NCBI RefSeq assembly: GCF_035594765.1
Contig: NC_085844.1
Coordinates: forward strand, 237,538,107 to 237,602,106
Source of the DNA: Anolis carolinensis
Lineage: Eukaryota
Direction: 5' to 3'
Length of the DNA: 64,000 nt
Shown: positions 1 to 13,161 of the stretch, piece by piece
Numbering within the stretch: the stretch's first letter is position 1
Layout of the letters: each line of letters begins with the position of its first letter
Notes under the pieces: generated by a model
Told to the model about the DNA's origin: nothing
Databases searched by the model: none
Seen by the model: only the letters and a program-made list of their open reading frames with translations
Position numbers and translations under genes: made by a program

Positions 1-881
1 TATATATCACACATGCCATGCATGTACATGCTAGCAGTCAGTTGGATAATGAATACTCCTACATGCAAAAAGTAACACTGCTTAATGCTCAATGCTACTG
101 TGCACATTTGTGTCAGTGAAAAGGTAGCAAAATCAAGTCTAACAAACCTTATCCGAAGATAATAAGAACCGCTACTGTAGCAAGTAATGTATCAGTTCTC
201 CAGGCTTTAGCTTAAAATGCAGAACAGAAGGAAAATAGTGGAAGGTGCTCATTAGCAGGGACAAGGGTTCTTTCTTCTAACAACCTGCAGTGAACCAGAA
301 AGAGCTGGTGAAATCACCTCCCAGCAGAGCTCCAGGCCTATTGATAAAAGCCTGCAGAGGATGTCTGGAGCTGCTCCTTCCAGCCAAGATCTCAGTGGCA
401 CCCTGCAGATGCACCTTGTCACGCACCTGGAAAGAGATGACATCTTTTAGTACTTCTGTTCTGCACTGGAGAAGGGAGGAATAAGGCAGAATGTTGACCA
501 AAGTTCCTAAACAAAGGAATTGATTCTTCTACATTTTCAAATCATCATAATTATACCGTCCAAGTGACAAAACTCCTTTTAGTTAGTCCTTGCATGTGTT
601 CTGTTACTTCATTTTATTTAGCACTCCTGCTGTTTTCTTGTATGGATTCTGCCTTTGTTGAAATTAAAGAAAACGAGCTGACAAAATACCTACATTTGGA
701 AAATGGGGATGGGTGGGGTGGATTTTTGTGAGATCTCTATGGCATCTAAGTGCAATCAGAAAATATTTTCCATCTGTTTATATGTGTAAAAGTGTAGAAG
801 TGTATAACAAACAAGACAGATTGATAGGGATGGGGTGAGCCATCCAAAGAATAGGCAACTATAGACTTGAAGGCTCTATCC

Positions 882-981
882 CAGGCATGGGCCAACTTGG
901 GCCCTCCACGTGTTTTGGACTTCAACGCCCACAATTCCTAACAGCCTCAGGCCCCTTCCTTTCCCCCCTCAGCCACTTAAG
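882..981. mobile_element. Partial non-autonomous hAT/MITE end
   Basis: Starts caggcatgggccaactt..gtgttttggacttcaac..cacaattcctaacagcc, the same terminus as the TSD-flanked element at 4667-5206. Confidence 0.6.
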
Positions 982-1630
982 CTACCCACACTCAAACCAC
1001 TGCACCACCAAGCTGTTGTTTGACATCCCAAAGTCCTCCTTCATGTTCCCACAGGTGAGCAAGAGACAGGCAAAGGGCTTTGAACCACCATAAGAACAGT
1101 GTTGCAATGCCAGGTGAGGCTGGTTCTTTTAGGGTATGGAGGCAAAGAACACATCAATGGGTGACAGAAATAAAATATTTATTAGAGAGTAGACCAACAT
1201 TACAGATATTAAGTGAAGCAAGTCTCCATATAAAATAATTCCCTATCTGAAGCAAATCTCACAGAGTAGTCTACTTCTTCTACCAACTATTCAGAGCCCT
1301 GAGAAGCAACGGTGGAGATATTCCTGACCAGCGATATGCTCTTTTGGTCTGCACTAAGTCTGTAGGAGTTTTTATAGACAAACCCCCTCCCTGACTATGT
1401 GCAATCCTGAACTCTCATCAACCACACTTTTCCCCGATTGGACGTGTGTTTCTGAGTGGCATCACCTGTGTTGTCTAAACAAACTAATTGAAAATGGTTA
1501 TTTTGTTAACTGCTTTCCTATGTATACATTTAACTGGACATGTGCCTCAGAATGGCAGCACCTGTGTTTAAACCATCTAAAGAAACTGAGTATTATATTG
1601 CTGATGTCTTACCTATGTTTACATCTAATG

Positions 1631-1749
1631 CAGTGGTTCTCAACCTGGGGTCCCCAGATGTTTTTGGCTTTCAACAGCTGGTAAACTGGCTGGAATTTCT
1701 GGGAGTTGTAGGCCAAAAACATCTGGGGATCCCAGGTTGAGAACTACTG
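1631..1749. mobile_element. Palindromic hAT-type MITE
   Basis: TIRs cagtggttctcaacctgggg / cccaggttgagaactactg; near-perfect 8-bp TSD atctaatg/atccaatg. Confidence 0.8.
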
Positions 1750-1867
1750 ATCCAATGAAATAGGGATGCATATTCACTGGTGGTTGGTACAATATCCTTC
1801 CCACACCCACATTCCAGGGTCATACTGAACATGTCCTAATGATAGTCAGATGCCTAGCATGACTTTA

Positions 1868-2184
1868 AAAGGTAAAGGTTGTCCCCTGACATTAAGTCCA
1901 GTCGTGACCGACTCTGGGGGCTGGTGCTCATCTCCATTTCTAAGCCGAAGAGCCGGCGTTGTCCGTAGACACCTCCAAGGTCATGTGGCCGGCATGACTG
2001 CATGGAGCGCTGTTACCTTCCCGCCGGAGCGGTACCTATTGATCTACTCACATTGGCATGTTTTCGAACTGCTAGGTCGGCAGGAGATGGAGCTAACAGC
2101 TGCCGCTCCCGCCGCTCCCGGGGTTTGAACCTGGGACCTTTCGGTCTCCAGCTCAGTGCTTTAACGCACTTCACCACCAGGGCT
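1868..2184 (-). mobile_element. Sauria SINE
   Basis: (AAAGGT)n is the reverse of the (ACCTTT)n tail; tRNA-like head at the right end; flanking atgacttta direct repeat; near-identical to other copies in the window. Confidence 0.92.
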
Positions 2185-3389
2185 TTAAGTATGACTTTAG
2201 TTAAAGCAAAAACCTAACTTCTGTTGAAGATGCAAAGATTTATGGGAAAAATAAGCTAAGAACATTAGCATCATAGGCTAAGAAGTTTAGCATAATGGGA
2301 TGATTGACAGGAACATTCCTAATCTTCATACAGTGATCTTCCACTTTCCACTACAATTGTTCTCTTCTAATGTACTATAGCTGTTCACTCATATTCATGG
2401 GAAGCTTAGCTAAACTGCGTATATGCAGAGCATCTGGGAAGTATGTTGGCAAAGCTTGTTTGTAATAACACTATAGAAGAAGGAGTTTATTAAAGAGTCC
2501 TTGCCCTGTTTGCATGGGAGTGAGCCAGTGTCAGATAATTGTTGCTGTTTGGGTCAAACTATAGCTCAAACCAAACAATAATTGCTACCAATAGCCACAG
2601 ATTCCTTATACAAGAACAGATCCAACATTCCTGAATGCATCACAACTGTGAAACTTAAGTAAGCTAATATTGAAGCTAAAGTGTTGGACCACAAGGTTTG
2701 AACCCTCAGTAGGCCATGCAATTCATAGAGTGACTCTGGTCTAGTCATTCACTCTCAATCTGACTACCTCAAAGGGTTGCTGTGAGGTTAAAAATTGGGA
2801 GTAGAAGAGCCGTGTGAACCATTCCAAATTCATTGGAGGAAAGGTGGCAAGTAATAATCAAATAAACACAATGCTCAGTATGAATGGGCAGTGAAAATGT
2901 ACAGGACCCACAGTTGCAGGCATTGCTCCTGATATTAAGATGGGATCTTCTCAAATGGTAGAAATATTGGCAGCTGGTGGCTGTGAGATCAGTATGGTTG
3001 ATGAACATCGTTCCTCCCCACGCATAAGTCTTAGTCATCAGGAGCTATCCAAGGTTCTGAACACCCCCCTCCCCAAACAGGCTTGACATCTTGAATTGCT
3101 GCTTTAAAGACAGGATTAAAACCACTGATATGGCAGTTACCACCCACCATTGAATGTGGCTGCAGTTTTCTGACACAATTATAAAAACAAGACTGACTGA
3201 GTAAAACCGAGTTTGTGGCATTTCAAGTGATTATATGTTTCTGTGTGTATGGTGTTAGAATCACTACAAAGAGCTGTAATTTCTGGCAGGAGTATGATTT
3301 CCAAGCTTAGCTCTTTCCACAAGCTTTTCTGCCACTTTTCCTACCCTCCTCCTCCTTCTCCTCCTCTTCCTCCCACACCTCCAGTTTAA

Positions 3390-3832
3390 AATGGCTTAGG
3401 GATAAAAAGCTTTTGCAACAGGAGGTAAAGGAATGTGCACAAAGATATGGGAGGGGGCATTGGTGGAAATGGCACTTGGCAGCTTGTTGTTAGTGCGAGG
3501 ATGTGAAAGAACGAAGCCTGGTTCCTAAATCTGCATGAAATCATTGCGCTGCACAGATTGCAACAGACACAATCCAGGCAGCTCCCCCATAGGACCGGCA
3601 TGCGTGTTTTCGTACTGTTCCCCAGGTTAAAATAAGAAATGCATCCAGCCGTCCATCCAGTGCAAATAGAATCTGTCTAGACTCCAGAAAGAGGTCAACG
3701 AGTGGAGATTTTGAAAGGAGAAATGTGAAGAGATTTCAAGAGATTACACAACGGAAGCCCCCGAGGGAATGAACTGCCTCCCCCAACTCTTCTGCATTCG
3801 ATGTGCTCCAAATAAGAAGCAGGACTGTTGAG
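3390..3832 (+). other. Candidate non-coding (5'UTR/lncRNA) host exon
   Basis: Non-repetitive, relatively CpG-containing stretch ending in a consensus donor GAG|GTGAGT. A short ATG ORF (MNCLPQLFCIRCAPNKKQDC*) stops just before the donor. The start is uncertain. Confidence 0.3.
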
Positions 3833-4666
3833 GTGAGTATCAAGATGATATGAAGGCTATTCCAGGCAGGTTTGTGAACATTTATTCATTATTTTTGGTG
3901 GTATCTCAGCAGGCACAGGGGATCTTTGACAAACATGCTCAAAGAAGGTAGTTTCTATTTTTGGAAGCAGAGAGACAGTTGCTGCCGAAACAGCTGAAAT
4001 GTATGCACAATTTTGTTCACTTTTGTCAGGGATTTACATACTTCATTCATATGCCAACCATCCATTTCAGTGTGCCATGCGTTAATAATAGGGGCTGCTG
4101 CTAGCTCTTTACAGGCTTTTCTTGAACATTGTGAGCTTTAGATTTTGAAAGGGAACTTGTTATGGCTTGTCTGTCCCCTGCTAGTTCTCAGCAGGGGTGC
4201 ACTTTGGGATCTAGAAATGCTGCAGATAAAACACCCTGAATTACCTCTAAAAGAGGACATCTTTAATCCTACAGATTAAATTAAGCTAAAAACATTCTTA
4301 ACCTATCTTAAACCCCCCTTAGATTTTTTTTCATGTATTACTCAAGATAGATTCCTCTCCCCAAATAGACTTGATTGATATTGAGACCACCTTCACCAGG
4401 CCCATTCAGTTCTTAAGGTCACCTGGAGAACCCCTCCTGATGATATCATCCATCCCCCAAGGTCATCTCCATCATCATTTGGAGCAAGGCATTTAGCACT
4501 GTGGTACCACTGTATGTTCTAATGAATTAGAGTTTAGTGTCAGCCAATATTATGTAGGGCTTTGGGTGATGGACTAGGACTCTTGAAGCTAGAGTTGAAA
4601 TCCCTGCTCAGCTATGGAAACTCACTGAGTGACCTTGGGCAGGTCGCACACTCCAAACCTCAAGAG

Positions 4667-5206
4667 CAGGTATAGGCAAACCTCAGCCCTCCGAGTGTTT
4701 TGGACTTCAACTCCCACAATTCCTAACAGCCACAGCCACAATTCCCAAAGAGCTGGGCATGTTTAACCTGCAGAAGAGAAGGCTGAGAGGAAACATGATA
4801 GCCATGTACAAATACGTGAGAGAAAGTCATAGGGAGGAGAGAGCAAGCTTGTTTTCTGCTGCCCTACAGACTAGGACGTGGAGCAATGGCTTCAAACTAC
4901 AGGAAAGGAGATTCCACCTGAACATCAGGAAGAACTTTCTCACTGTGATAACTGTTCAGCAGTGGAACTCTCTGCCCTGGAGTGTGATGGAGGCTCCCTT
5001 TTTGGAGGCGTTTAAGCAGAGGCTGGATGGCTATCTGTCGGGGGTGCTTTGAATGAGATTTTCCTGCTTCTTGGCAGGGGGTTGGACTGGATGGCCTGTG
5101 AGGTCTCTTCCAACTCTACGATTCTGATTCTATGAGCCGTTGGCTGTTAGGGATTGTGGGAGTTGAAGTCCAAAACACCCGGAAGGCCAAAGCTTGCTCT
5201 TGCCTG
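4667..5206. mobile_element. hAT MITE containing a CR1 fragment
   Basis: TIRs caggtataggcaaac / gcttgctcttgcctg; perfect 8-bp TSD CTCAAGAG at 4659-4666 and 5207-5214. Confidence 0.85.
4748..5135 (+). mobile_element. CR1 LINE 3' fragment (end of ORF2 plus 3'UTR)
   Basis: ORF 4759-5052 (KRRLRGNMI..RFHLNIRKNFLTV..WNSLP..FKQRLD) matches the CR1 ORF2 C-terminus; attctatga tail. Confidence 0.9.
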
Positions 5207-5280
5207 CTCAAGAGTAAGGCAATGGCAACCCCACCCTGAAGAAATCTTGCCAAGAAAGCCCCGTGATAGGTTTAAATTAA

Positions 5281-5428
5281 GTATTTAATTGTTGTAATTG
5301 TGCTGTTTGATTTTATTTAATTTTGTTTTTGGGCATTGAATTTTGCAAAACCTGTAAGCCGCCTTGAGTCCCTACGGGTGAGAAAAGCGGGGTAAAAATG
5401 TTATAAATAATAAATAATAATAAATAAA
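5281..5428 (+). mobile_element. L2-type LINE 3' end
   Basis: gtaagccgccttgagtcc..gagaaaagcggggtaaaaat followed by a (TAAA/TAA)n tail. Confidence 0.65.
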
Positions 5429-6740
5429 TTTTCCACAACAACAGCTTATATGTTTGGAAAACATGTTGAAAAATTAACTGCTTTTGCAACCCTTCCTTGT
5501 CTAGCTCACCATTTTTGTGGGCAACATAGATAATGCATTCTGATTTGTGTACATTATATGCTGGACAATTATTGTGCACTTCTTTGAATCCATGTTTCAG
5601 CATAAATTTCGAATATTGCTGTGAAAACCATGATGAATTATTTTTGGACAGCATACATCATAACAGTTTTGGATTTATCTCCCTACAATTCCCTAAAAGG
5701 ACTATTAATTCCATTATTTTATAAAAATGAATTTTATATCTAGGTTTTCTTGCAAAAAAGTGATAAAAGATGTTTCCAGATGGAGGGCTTTCAGCCATAT
5801 CAGTTAAAAACAGTATTCTCTTTTTTCATCCTTAAAAGCTTTGTTTAAAAAGGGGGGAGAAACCAGAGACGAAAATTATGGGAAAATGCAGAAGGCTTAG
5901 AGGTAGAAGACAGCTGTTTTCTGCCTTCCAGCTACTCTTTTCATAACTTCGATGAATGATGCAAATTAATTTCATGGTAAAGAGCCATTTCTAGGAGCAC
6001 TGTTGAGTTAACTTTCATAATTTTCCCAAAAGAGCACAATGAAGCAATATGCTCAGCCTCACAATCAAGGTAGCCTAGGACCACTGTATGAAAAAAAAAT
6101 ACTGGAGTAGATAGGCCTCTGGTTTGATTTAGTATGGTTCTTTTAATGTTTATATAAGGTAATGCAATGTAGAAGCCATTATTTGAAACGTCTTAATACA
6201 AACCTACCTAGTGAGCTTAAAGGCTAGAGTGTAAATGTTCTCCAAAGTATAAAGAAGCCAGAACATTTTAAGAAGTTGCCTTAGCATTAGACATGCACAA
6301 TGTCAATGTGTTCCTTCCCATTGTGCAATTGAGAGACTATCTGCTGACAGGCTCCATTTCAAGGTCCCTGCTCTCCTCTATGATAGTATCTTTATCTTTA
6401 AATCAGACTTGGACTAGGTGGACTTGAGCTGGGGTGGACTTCACATGCATCTCTCATCCAGTCCCAGTGTGGACCCCAGAAATTGAGGCACACATGCCTT
6501 ACTTCTTGGTGGACATGGGATGTTCTACTTCTTCCCTCAGCACACCTCAAGTTTAAAATAGCTTAGAGATATCATAGTAGCATGGTGAGGGACTCTCACC
6601 ATGCTCTGCAAGGAACCTTTCTGCATCGTACCTGCACTCTATTTGTGCTAATATATGGGATTGATAGTCCATGTTTATTAGTGAAGCATGAATAGTTCCT
6701 GCTTTACATGGCAGTCTACCAGAGTAGTTGTCTTCTAAAG

Positions 6741-6875
6741 CAGTGTTTCTCAAACTCTTCTCCCCCAGGTGTTTTGGACTTCAGCTCCCAGAAATCTCAG
6801 CAAGCTTACCAGCTGTTAGGAATGGTGGGAACTAAAGTCCAAAACATCTGGAGGAGCAGAGTGTGAGGAACACTG
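6741..6875. mobile_element. Palindromic hAT-type MITE
   Basis: TIRs cagtgtttctcaaactc / gagtgtgaggaacactg and internal inverted arms. Confidence 0.7.
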
Positions 6876-7419
6876 AAATAAAGGAAAGGATAATACTGGG
6901 TGCCACTTCTAAGGCTAACCAATTCATTTTCAGCATAAACAACTAATAACAACTGAAGTCATTGCAACACATGTTTTTAGACTAACACAGCTTTCTCTTT
7001 GAAAGTCGGCCTCTGGTTTTCTGAACCAATTCATTTTTCCACCTGGGATGCTTATGATTTTAGCAAGAGTTTGGATAATTAGTGATTGATTCCCATCACT
7101 TGTAATAATATTTAAAAAGTAACTTGTTGCCATCATTTGATACAGTGGTAGGAAATATCTTGTTAAGTTGCTTAATGCATTGGTCATTAATTTTTCATTT
7201 TGTTTGTTAAGGATTTGGGGGGGGAGGTGAATAGTGTTAACAGAATGACATAACATTTGAAACACTCTTGTCCAGACAGATGCCCTTTAAAATGAATAAA
7301 AGCCACATTTAATATAATGTTAAAGATTTCACTAGATGTACAATAAGTAGCTTACGTCTCATTAGTTACTATTACTTTTGAAATATAACTTCACTCTTCC
7401 TCATCCCCCCCCCCCCCCA

Positions 7420-8110
7420 GGTACTTGTTACAGGTAGCTTGTTAATTATTTCTCTTGTACATATGATGTCCAAGGTCAGGCTATAGATTTGTGGTTTTAT
7501 TGGTTTAAATGAGTGGTGTTAATTATCATAATCAGTTTTGTTATGGTTGGGTACATGTATTGAGTGATATCGTTGAACAGTAGGCACATTTTGAGAAATC
7601 TGAGTAGTAATTAGATATATCTAATTACTCATTCAAACTGTTCTTGTGGACTCATTGACTTCATGTCAGATGGACGAAATTCCTATAGTTATTGATATGT
7701 CAGCAGCAGGCTCCTCCCTACTAATTTTGCTCACAAACAAGTCCAATCTCTGTTGAGGCAGATGATAAAGAGTTTCCTTAATCAATTCTGAACCTCTTGA
7801 CTTTTTAATGACTATGTTAAGATTCAAAATGAATTTGACAGGAGTCCCCCACTCCAGATACTTCAAGGATTTTGGTGTCGTAAGGATAATGTTATTTATT
7901 TTACCTCGTATATTTTTAGATTCTGATGATGATAAGCTTACAGCTGCTTGCCTTTACTGGTTTTTGCTCTAGTTCTCAAATGCCTTTGTTGCATAATACA
8001 TCTGCTTGGGTTTAGAGTGCCATAGGATTCTTGGTTGAAGCAGAATTCTAGCTGCAATATCAGGCTAATTTAGTACGTCTATTGGAATTTGTTTTTTAAG
8101 TGGGGATTTC
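7420..8110 (-). pseudogene. Degenerate L1/Tx1-like ORF2 fragment
   Basis: A-rich minus strand with a KYL(E/G)-like RT thumb motif (ORF 7666-7866) and broken frames. Confidence 0.35.
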
Positions 8111-10404
8111 GTCACTATGTAGTTTCCCTAGCCAGACGTTTTCAAAAAGAGCAACAGAAGGTGCAATGCATTGCATGATGGCTGAGGTGAAAAGAAGCCA
8201 ATCTATCACCAGAGGAATGAAATGAACATGTGATTATAGAGAGCATTCTGACATACAACATGGCACTGCGGATATCTTCCCAAAAGACTTGTTTGGTGTT
8301 TTTGCAGTACATTTTATTTCAACTGGGTATGACTTTGAGATGTGTGAATCAAAATGGAATTTGGGCCAAGTAATGAAGCCAGAAGTTCTTGACTGGATCA
8401 CAGAGAATGTAAAGATAAGGAGGAGACTGGGCAACTCAATGATAAAAATGATGCAGAAGACCATTTACACTGTCTAAACCTAGATATAAAGGCAGAAGAT
8501 AAATCAAGATTCCTTTCGAGTCTTGTTTGGCCCAGCTTTGAACATCAATTATGGGGGGAAATGTGTGGGAACAGATGAGCCCTGAGAAAATTATGTATTG
8601 GTATTTCCATTCAGAATAATAATGCTGCATGCAAGGGAGATGTCTACAAAATATTTTGATGGATTTTGTCCATAGATGTGGGATGGAAGGGCAGATGGTG
8701 GTCATTGCTAACTGTCTGTCTGCCTTTGCTTGCTTGCAGGCAATATGGTGCCTTCTAAATCTGCAAAATAAACAAAATAAATATCCAGCACATTCCTGTT
8801 TCCCTAGATCACATATGGCAGTAACGTGGCTTCAGATACAAAAGTCAGATATTCTAAATGAAGGCATTAAAGCTGTCCAATAGGATATGTAAATTTGATT
8901 GGATATCTGACACATTTTAAGTGGCTTATTCCCAGTGATCCTCATTAAGAAACAAAAGGTTGATGTGGAAAGGAGCAGCAGGAACGACTCTTGGGTACAC
9001 AAGGCAAGACTGATGAGCGGGTTTATTGTTCTTTTGTGCGGTTGCCCTTTGTCTGCTTTCATAAATGCATTATGAATAGTTTCCTAACAGTCTCAAGTGA
9101 CCCATAGAGGCATCTTAGCCTTCTTGCATAGAAATGTTTAATGGATCGATCTATACGAAGAAAGATTAACTCTTTCAGGTGGCATTGTGTTAGAGAGTCA
9201 GCTTCAAATCTGCACTGTAGATCAGAAAAGAATTAAGACATCAGTTTCATTCCATTGTTAATGTATATTAACTCTTCCTTTTCCCCTCATCTTTTGAAGT
9301 ATGCTTCTTGCATATTCTCCTGTCTCCAAACAATACATTTTATGAATTTTAAAACACTTTACTCATTTAGAGGAAAGACACTTCAGTTTGTCTATTCCAT
9401 TAAAAGCCAAGAACCATTTATTCGGTAGCCCCATCCACCAGTGACTTGCTGATGATCTGCCCTCAGTATTTCTGCAATACGTTTTTCAGATATTGTTTAT
9501 GGATGGCAAAATCTTAAGTCTAAAATGCAAATAGCATTTCTGCTCTACGTTGCTTCTGAAGTGGAGATCTCTTCCAAAGGCTGAAATGTATAGCAGACCA
9601 TTTAGAAAAATTATAGCCTCTAAGTCAGCTCTCTGTGTACAATTGTTGCTACAAAAGTAATCTAGAGTTCAAGTTATGCTTTGCTAAGACATAACACTCT
9701 TCCTTGTTTTGAAGTGGTGGGTGTGTATCTTCTTTTTTGCTCACGGTGCTGTAGCTATAGAAATGGAACAGAATGTTCTCTATATGTTCCTAGAGTACAT
9801 CTCTCTTCGATTGTCCCTGCTGTCTGGAGCTGGAAGGAATTGGACTCTAATATATTAAACACCACAGTTTCCCAGCCTTGACTTGTGTATAATTCTGTCC
9901 CATTTCTCCTTTTGTTTTTTGGGGGTTTTTTTTTTGCATGATTCTTCCTTTCTTCAGTTCCTAAGATTTTACATTAGATTGTGTCTTTCTGTGTTAGGTC
10001 TCTTAGATGTTGTTTTTCTTATGTGCTTTCCAGTTGACTCTGACCTATCATGGTGTTTTCTTGAAGAGATTTCTTCAAGGGTTCACCTTTGTCTTAGACT
10101 CTTAGAGAAAGTGACTTGCTGAAGCTCACCCAGTCATTTCTATGGATGAATGGGATGGATTGCTGCCAGCTTTTTCACATTGTGGTTACAATCTTTTGGT
10201 CAGCCACATCTTTCCCTCTAGGATCTATTCCATGCTGTAAAGCCCTTTCTAACTTCAAATACTATGGGATTTTGTCTGACCTCCATCTTACATCCCTGTC
10301 CTGTCTTGTTTTTACTGACCACAATCTAAAGCTGCTTTTCTACAATGCAAGTCAGCCTCAGAGGAATGCAGTGGTAAAGCCCCATGCCAAGATAGGTTTT
10401 CCTT

Positions 10405-10732
10405 AAAGGTAAAGGTTTCCCCTGACGTTACGTCCAGTTGTATCCGACTCTGGGTGTTGGTGCTCATCTCCATTTCTAAGCCAAAGAGCCGGTGTTGTCA
10501 GTAGGCATCTCCAAGGTCATGTGGCCAGCATGACTGCACGGAGCACCGTTACCTTCTCGCCGGAGAGGTACCTATTGATCTACTAACATTTGCATGTTTT
10601 TGAACTGCTAGGTTGGCAGAAGCTGGGGCTAACAGCGGGTGCTCATTCCGCTCCCTGGATTCAAACCTGTGACCTTTTGGTCTGTAAGTTCAGCAGCTCA
10701 GTGCTTTAACACACTGTGCCACCAGGGGCACC
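10405..10732 (-). mobile_element. Sauria SINE
   Basis: Full-length match to other copies; AAAGGT tail. Confidence 0.92.
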
Positions 10733-10989
10733 TGTGCAGCTGTGGTTTTCTTTAGGGTTGCCATAAATAGGAAATGACCTGAAAAGGCATCATAACAACA
10801 ATGGTGTTTATCACTAGCACTCTTTTTTTCCTTGTTTCAGTGTTGTTCAGTTGCTTCCATGCCAGTGGTAGAATTGAAACCAGTCTGAATTTTTGTCCAA
10901 GCTTTAAATTGCTATCAAGGTGTTGAACTGAATTCGGTACATCCTTGAAAGTATGGATTAAACTTAAAACAAATCCACACTTCTCAATA

Positions 10990-11196
10990 AATGTATCTAC
11001 ACTTTAGAATTAATGCAGTTTGACACTACTTTACCTGGTTCAATCTTATGGAATAACAGGAGTTGTAGTCTTACAAGATCTTTATCCTTCTCTGCCAGAG
11101 TGCCTCGCCAAACTATGACTCTCAGGATTCCAAAACATTGAGCCATGTCAGTGAAAGTGGTGCCAAACTGCGTTAATTCTACACTGTAGGTGCACC
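10990..11196. mobile_element. Palindromic MITE (tagaattaatgcagtttgacacc family)
   Basis: Long inverted arms tagaattaatgcagtttgacac / gtgccaaactgcgttaattcta; related copies near 48486-48626, 59590-59803 and 60905-61063. Confidence 0.7.
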
Positions 11197-13161
11197 ACTT
11201 TTCTATCAGATTTATTGTCTGTGTGCTCCATGTATTAACTCTTACATACTTTCTGAGACCTATTTTTAGTCATCAGGCAATTCAAAATGTCAATTTCTGG
11301 ACAAACTGGCACCATCCCCTCTTTTAATGAAGAAGGACGTCACACTGCTTTTGTTTCCAGAGCAACTGAACATTTCAAGTCGCCACACCAGTTCAGCCAA
11401 ACAATGTGGAAAGCTTTGGTGTCAGGAGCACAGTATATAAAATAGATGGATTCTGAAGAGATTACTTTTTATTCCTGCTGAGCTCTGTGCTGGGATGTGG
11501 CCAAAGTGTGAAGCCGCTCTCAGTTGCCCTGAGCTCTGATGCCATTGTAAAATACACTTTCAGTGTTTAAAAAACCCAACACGTCCTGATAAAACAACCC
11601 ATGCCAGTAATATTGAAGTGGGTGGCTGGGTAGAGTGCAACATAAAATACTTTGTTAGTTGTGTACCCCAAACAGCTGTGTAGTCTATCTGGATGGTATA
11701 ATGAATCCTGCACTTCTCGAGAGTTTGCTTATAAATATTTAATCATTGCCACCTACGCCCCCCTCCTTCTGCTTGCTTAAAATCAACTTTTTCCTCAGGT
11801 GAAATTCAATTACATCCAATGTTTCTTCACATAATTGATTTTTGTTTAGACATATTTACTACCTCTGTTTTTGTCTATAGATTGGGCTACTCTATGGTCT
11901 TTGGCTACCTCAGGCAAAGAACAAAATGACAATCATATCACACTGAATTTATCTGTTTCAGAAACTAGTATTTGGATGGATGATTGCTAGAGGGTCGGGA
12001 TCTCTATATGAGGCTGGGAAATAATTCTGACTAAAAACTGGAAGAGTTGCAGGAAGTCAGAACTGATGACAGTAGATCAATAATCCAACTCAATACAAGG
12101 CAACTTCCTACATTCCTGTGTGCCATATTCCACATGCATAAGTCAAAAGGACTGGCAACTGAGTATTATGGCAGTGCTGGCCATGGGACAATGGGCAGTG
12201 CTGGCACCTAGAAGCAACAAGTAAAATCAGGGTGGAGAGTCCAATCAGGTGAAATTAAGGACTCTATGTATATTCTTGCAAAAAAATACATGCTGGCAGC
12301 AATTGAGCAACAAAGGGCTATGTTTTTTTTTTTTAAACCCACCAGTAAGGATCAAGCACTATTTCCAAACTATGTATGTCACAGTTCTTCTTTGCATCTT
12401 ATTTCATCCCTCTGGGTGTTCTCATATCAGCAAAACATGGTTTAGAATGTTTTATACATGTTTCTCTTCAACATGAAATCACTATGAAAATATAAGATTT
12501 TCTCTGTTACAGCAAACCACTTTCTTCAATGTGGCTCTACCACACTTAAGCCTTATGGTCACTTTTTGCCCTTTACTGTTCAGAGCCATACCCTGTAATA
12601 CCCTCCGTCTTCCCATCTCATAGCATATTACCTAATGATGGGCCAGCTCTATACAATGACAAGAGAAGTGCAATATTTTTTCCTGTGGGTTCCATCTTGC
12701 TGTTGCACTTCTTCTGGTTGTAATAACAGCACAGTGCATATTCACTTGTCTTAAGTCAATAAAGATATATTTGACAAGAGAACAGAGGCCAGTATGAAGG
12801 CACCAGCTGGGATCTGCCACCATGGAGACTTAACAGTGTTTGGAAGAACAAACTGAAGAGGAATAGCTTCATGTTTATGGAGGCACTGCATGTTTGTGGG
12901 TCTCAGTGAGCTTATCTGGAGGTTGCAGGCAGCTGTAGTAACAACTAGATCAAGATGCTGTTTAAATTTCCAATAATAGGCAGGCATATTGCTGGTAAAA
13001 GTTTTTCACAACTTGCCTGTTGGAAGGATCACAAGACTGCCTTTTAAAGACTTTGCCAGCATGTTCTTACAATTCTACTTGAATTCTTCTGATTTCACTA
13101 ACTCCTCTTCCCCTCCCATCCCAGTTCTCCAGGAGTTACATAACTGAATGGTGGTACAGAA

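Larger units (their letters stand above)
4555..5275 (+). mobile_element. Old tRNA-derived SINE split by a hAT MITE insertion
   Basis: Sequence ...gaccttgggcaggtcgcacactc..ctcaagag continues after 5206 as taaggcaatggcaacc..gaaatcttgccaagaaagccccgtgatagg; similar copies at 33430-33620 and 55905-56125. Confidence 0.6.

Noticed and set aside
252-501. Overlapping short ORFs and a minus-strand acceptor-like ctctttccag
   Set aside because: No recognisable protein similarity and no convincing paired donor site.
1850-2217. Recurrent similar ORFs (SGGWCSSPFLSRRAG.. / MERCYLPAGAVPIDLLT..) at 1850, 17392, 46073, 48142 and 60481, resembling a small gene family
   Set aside because: All are translations of Sauria SINE copies; there is no evidence of coding function.
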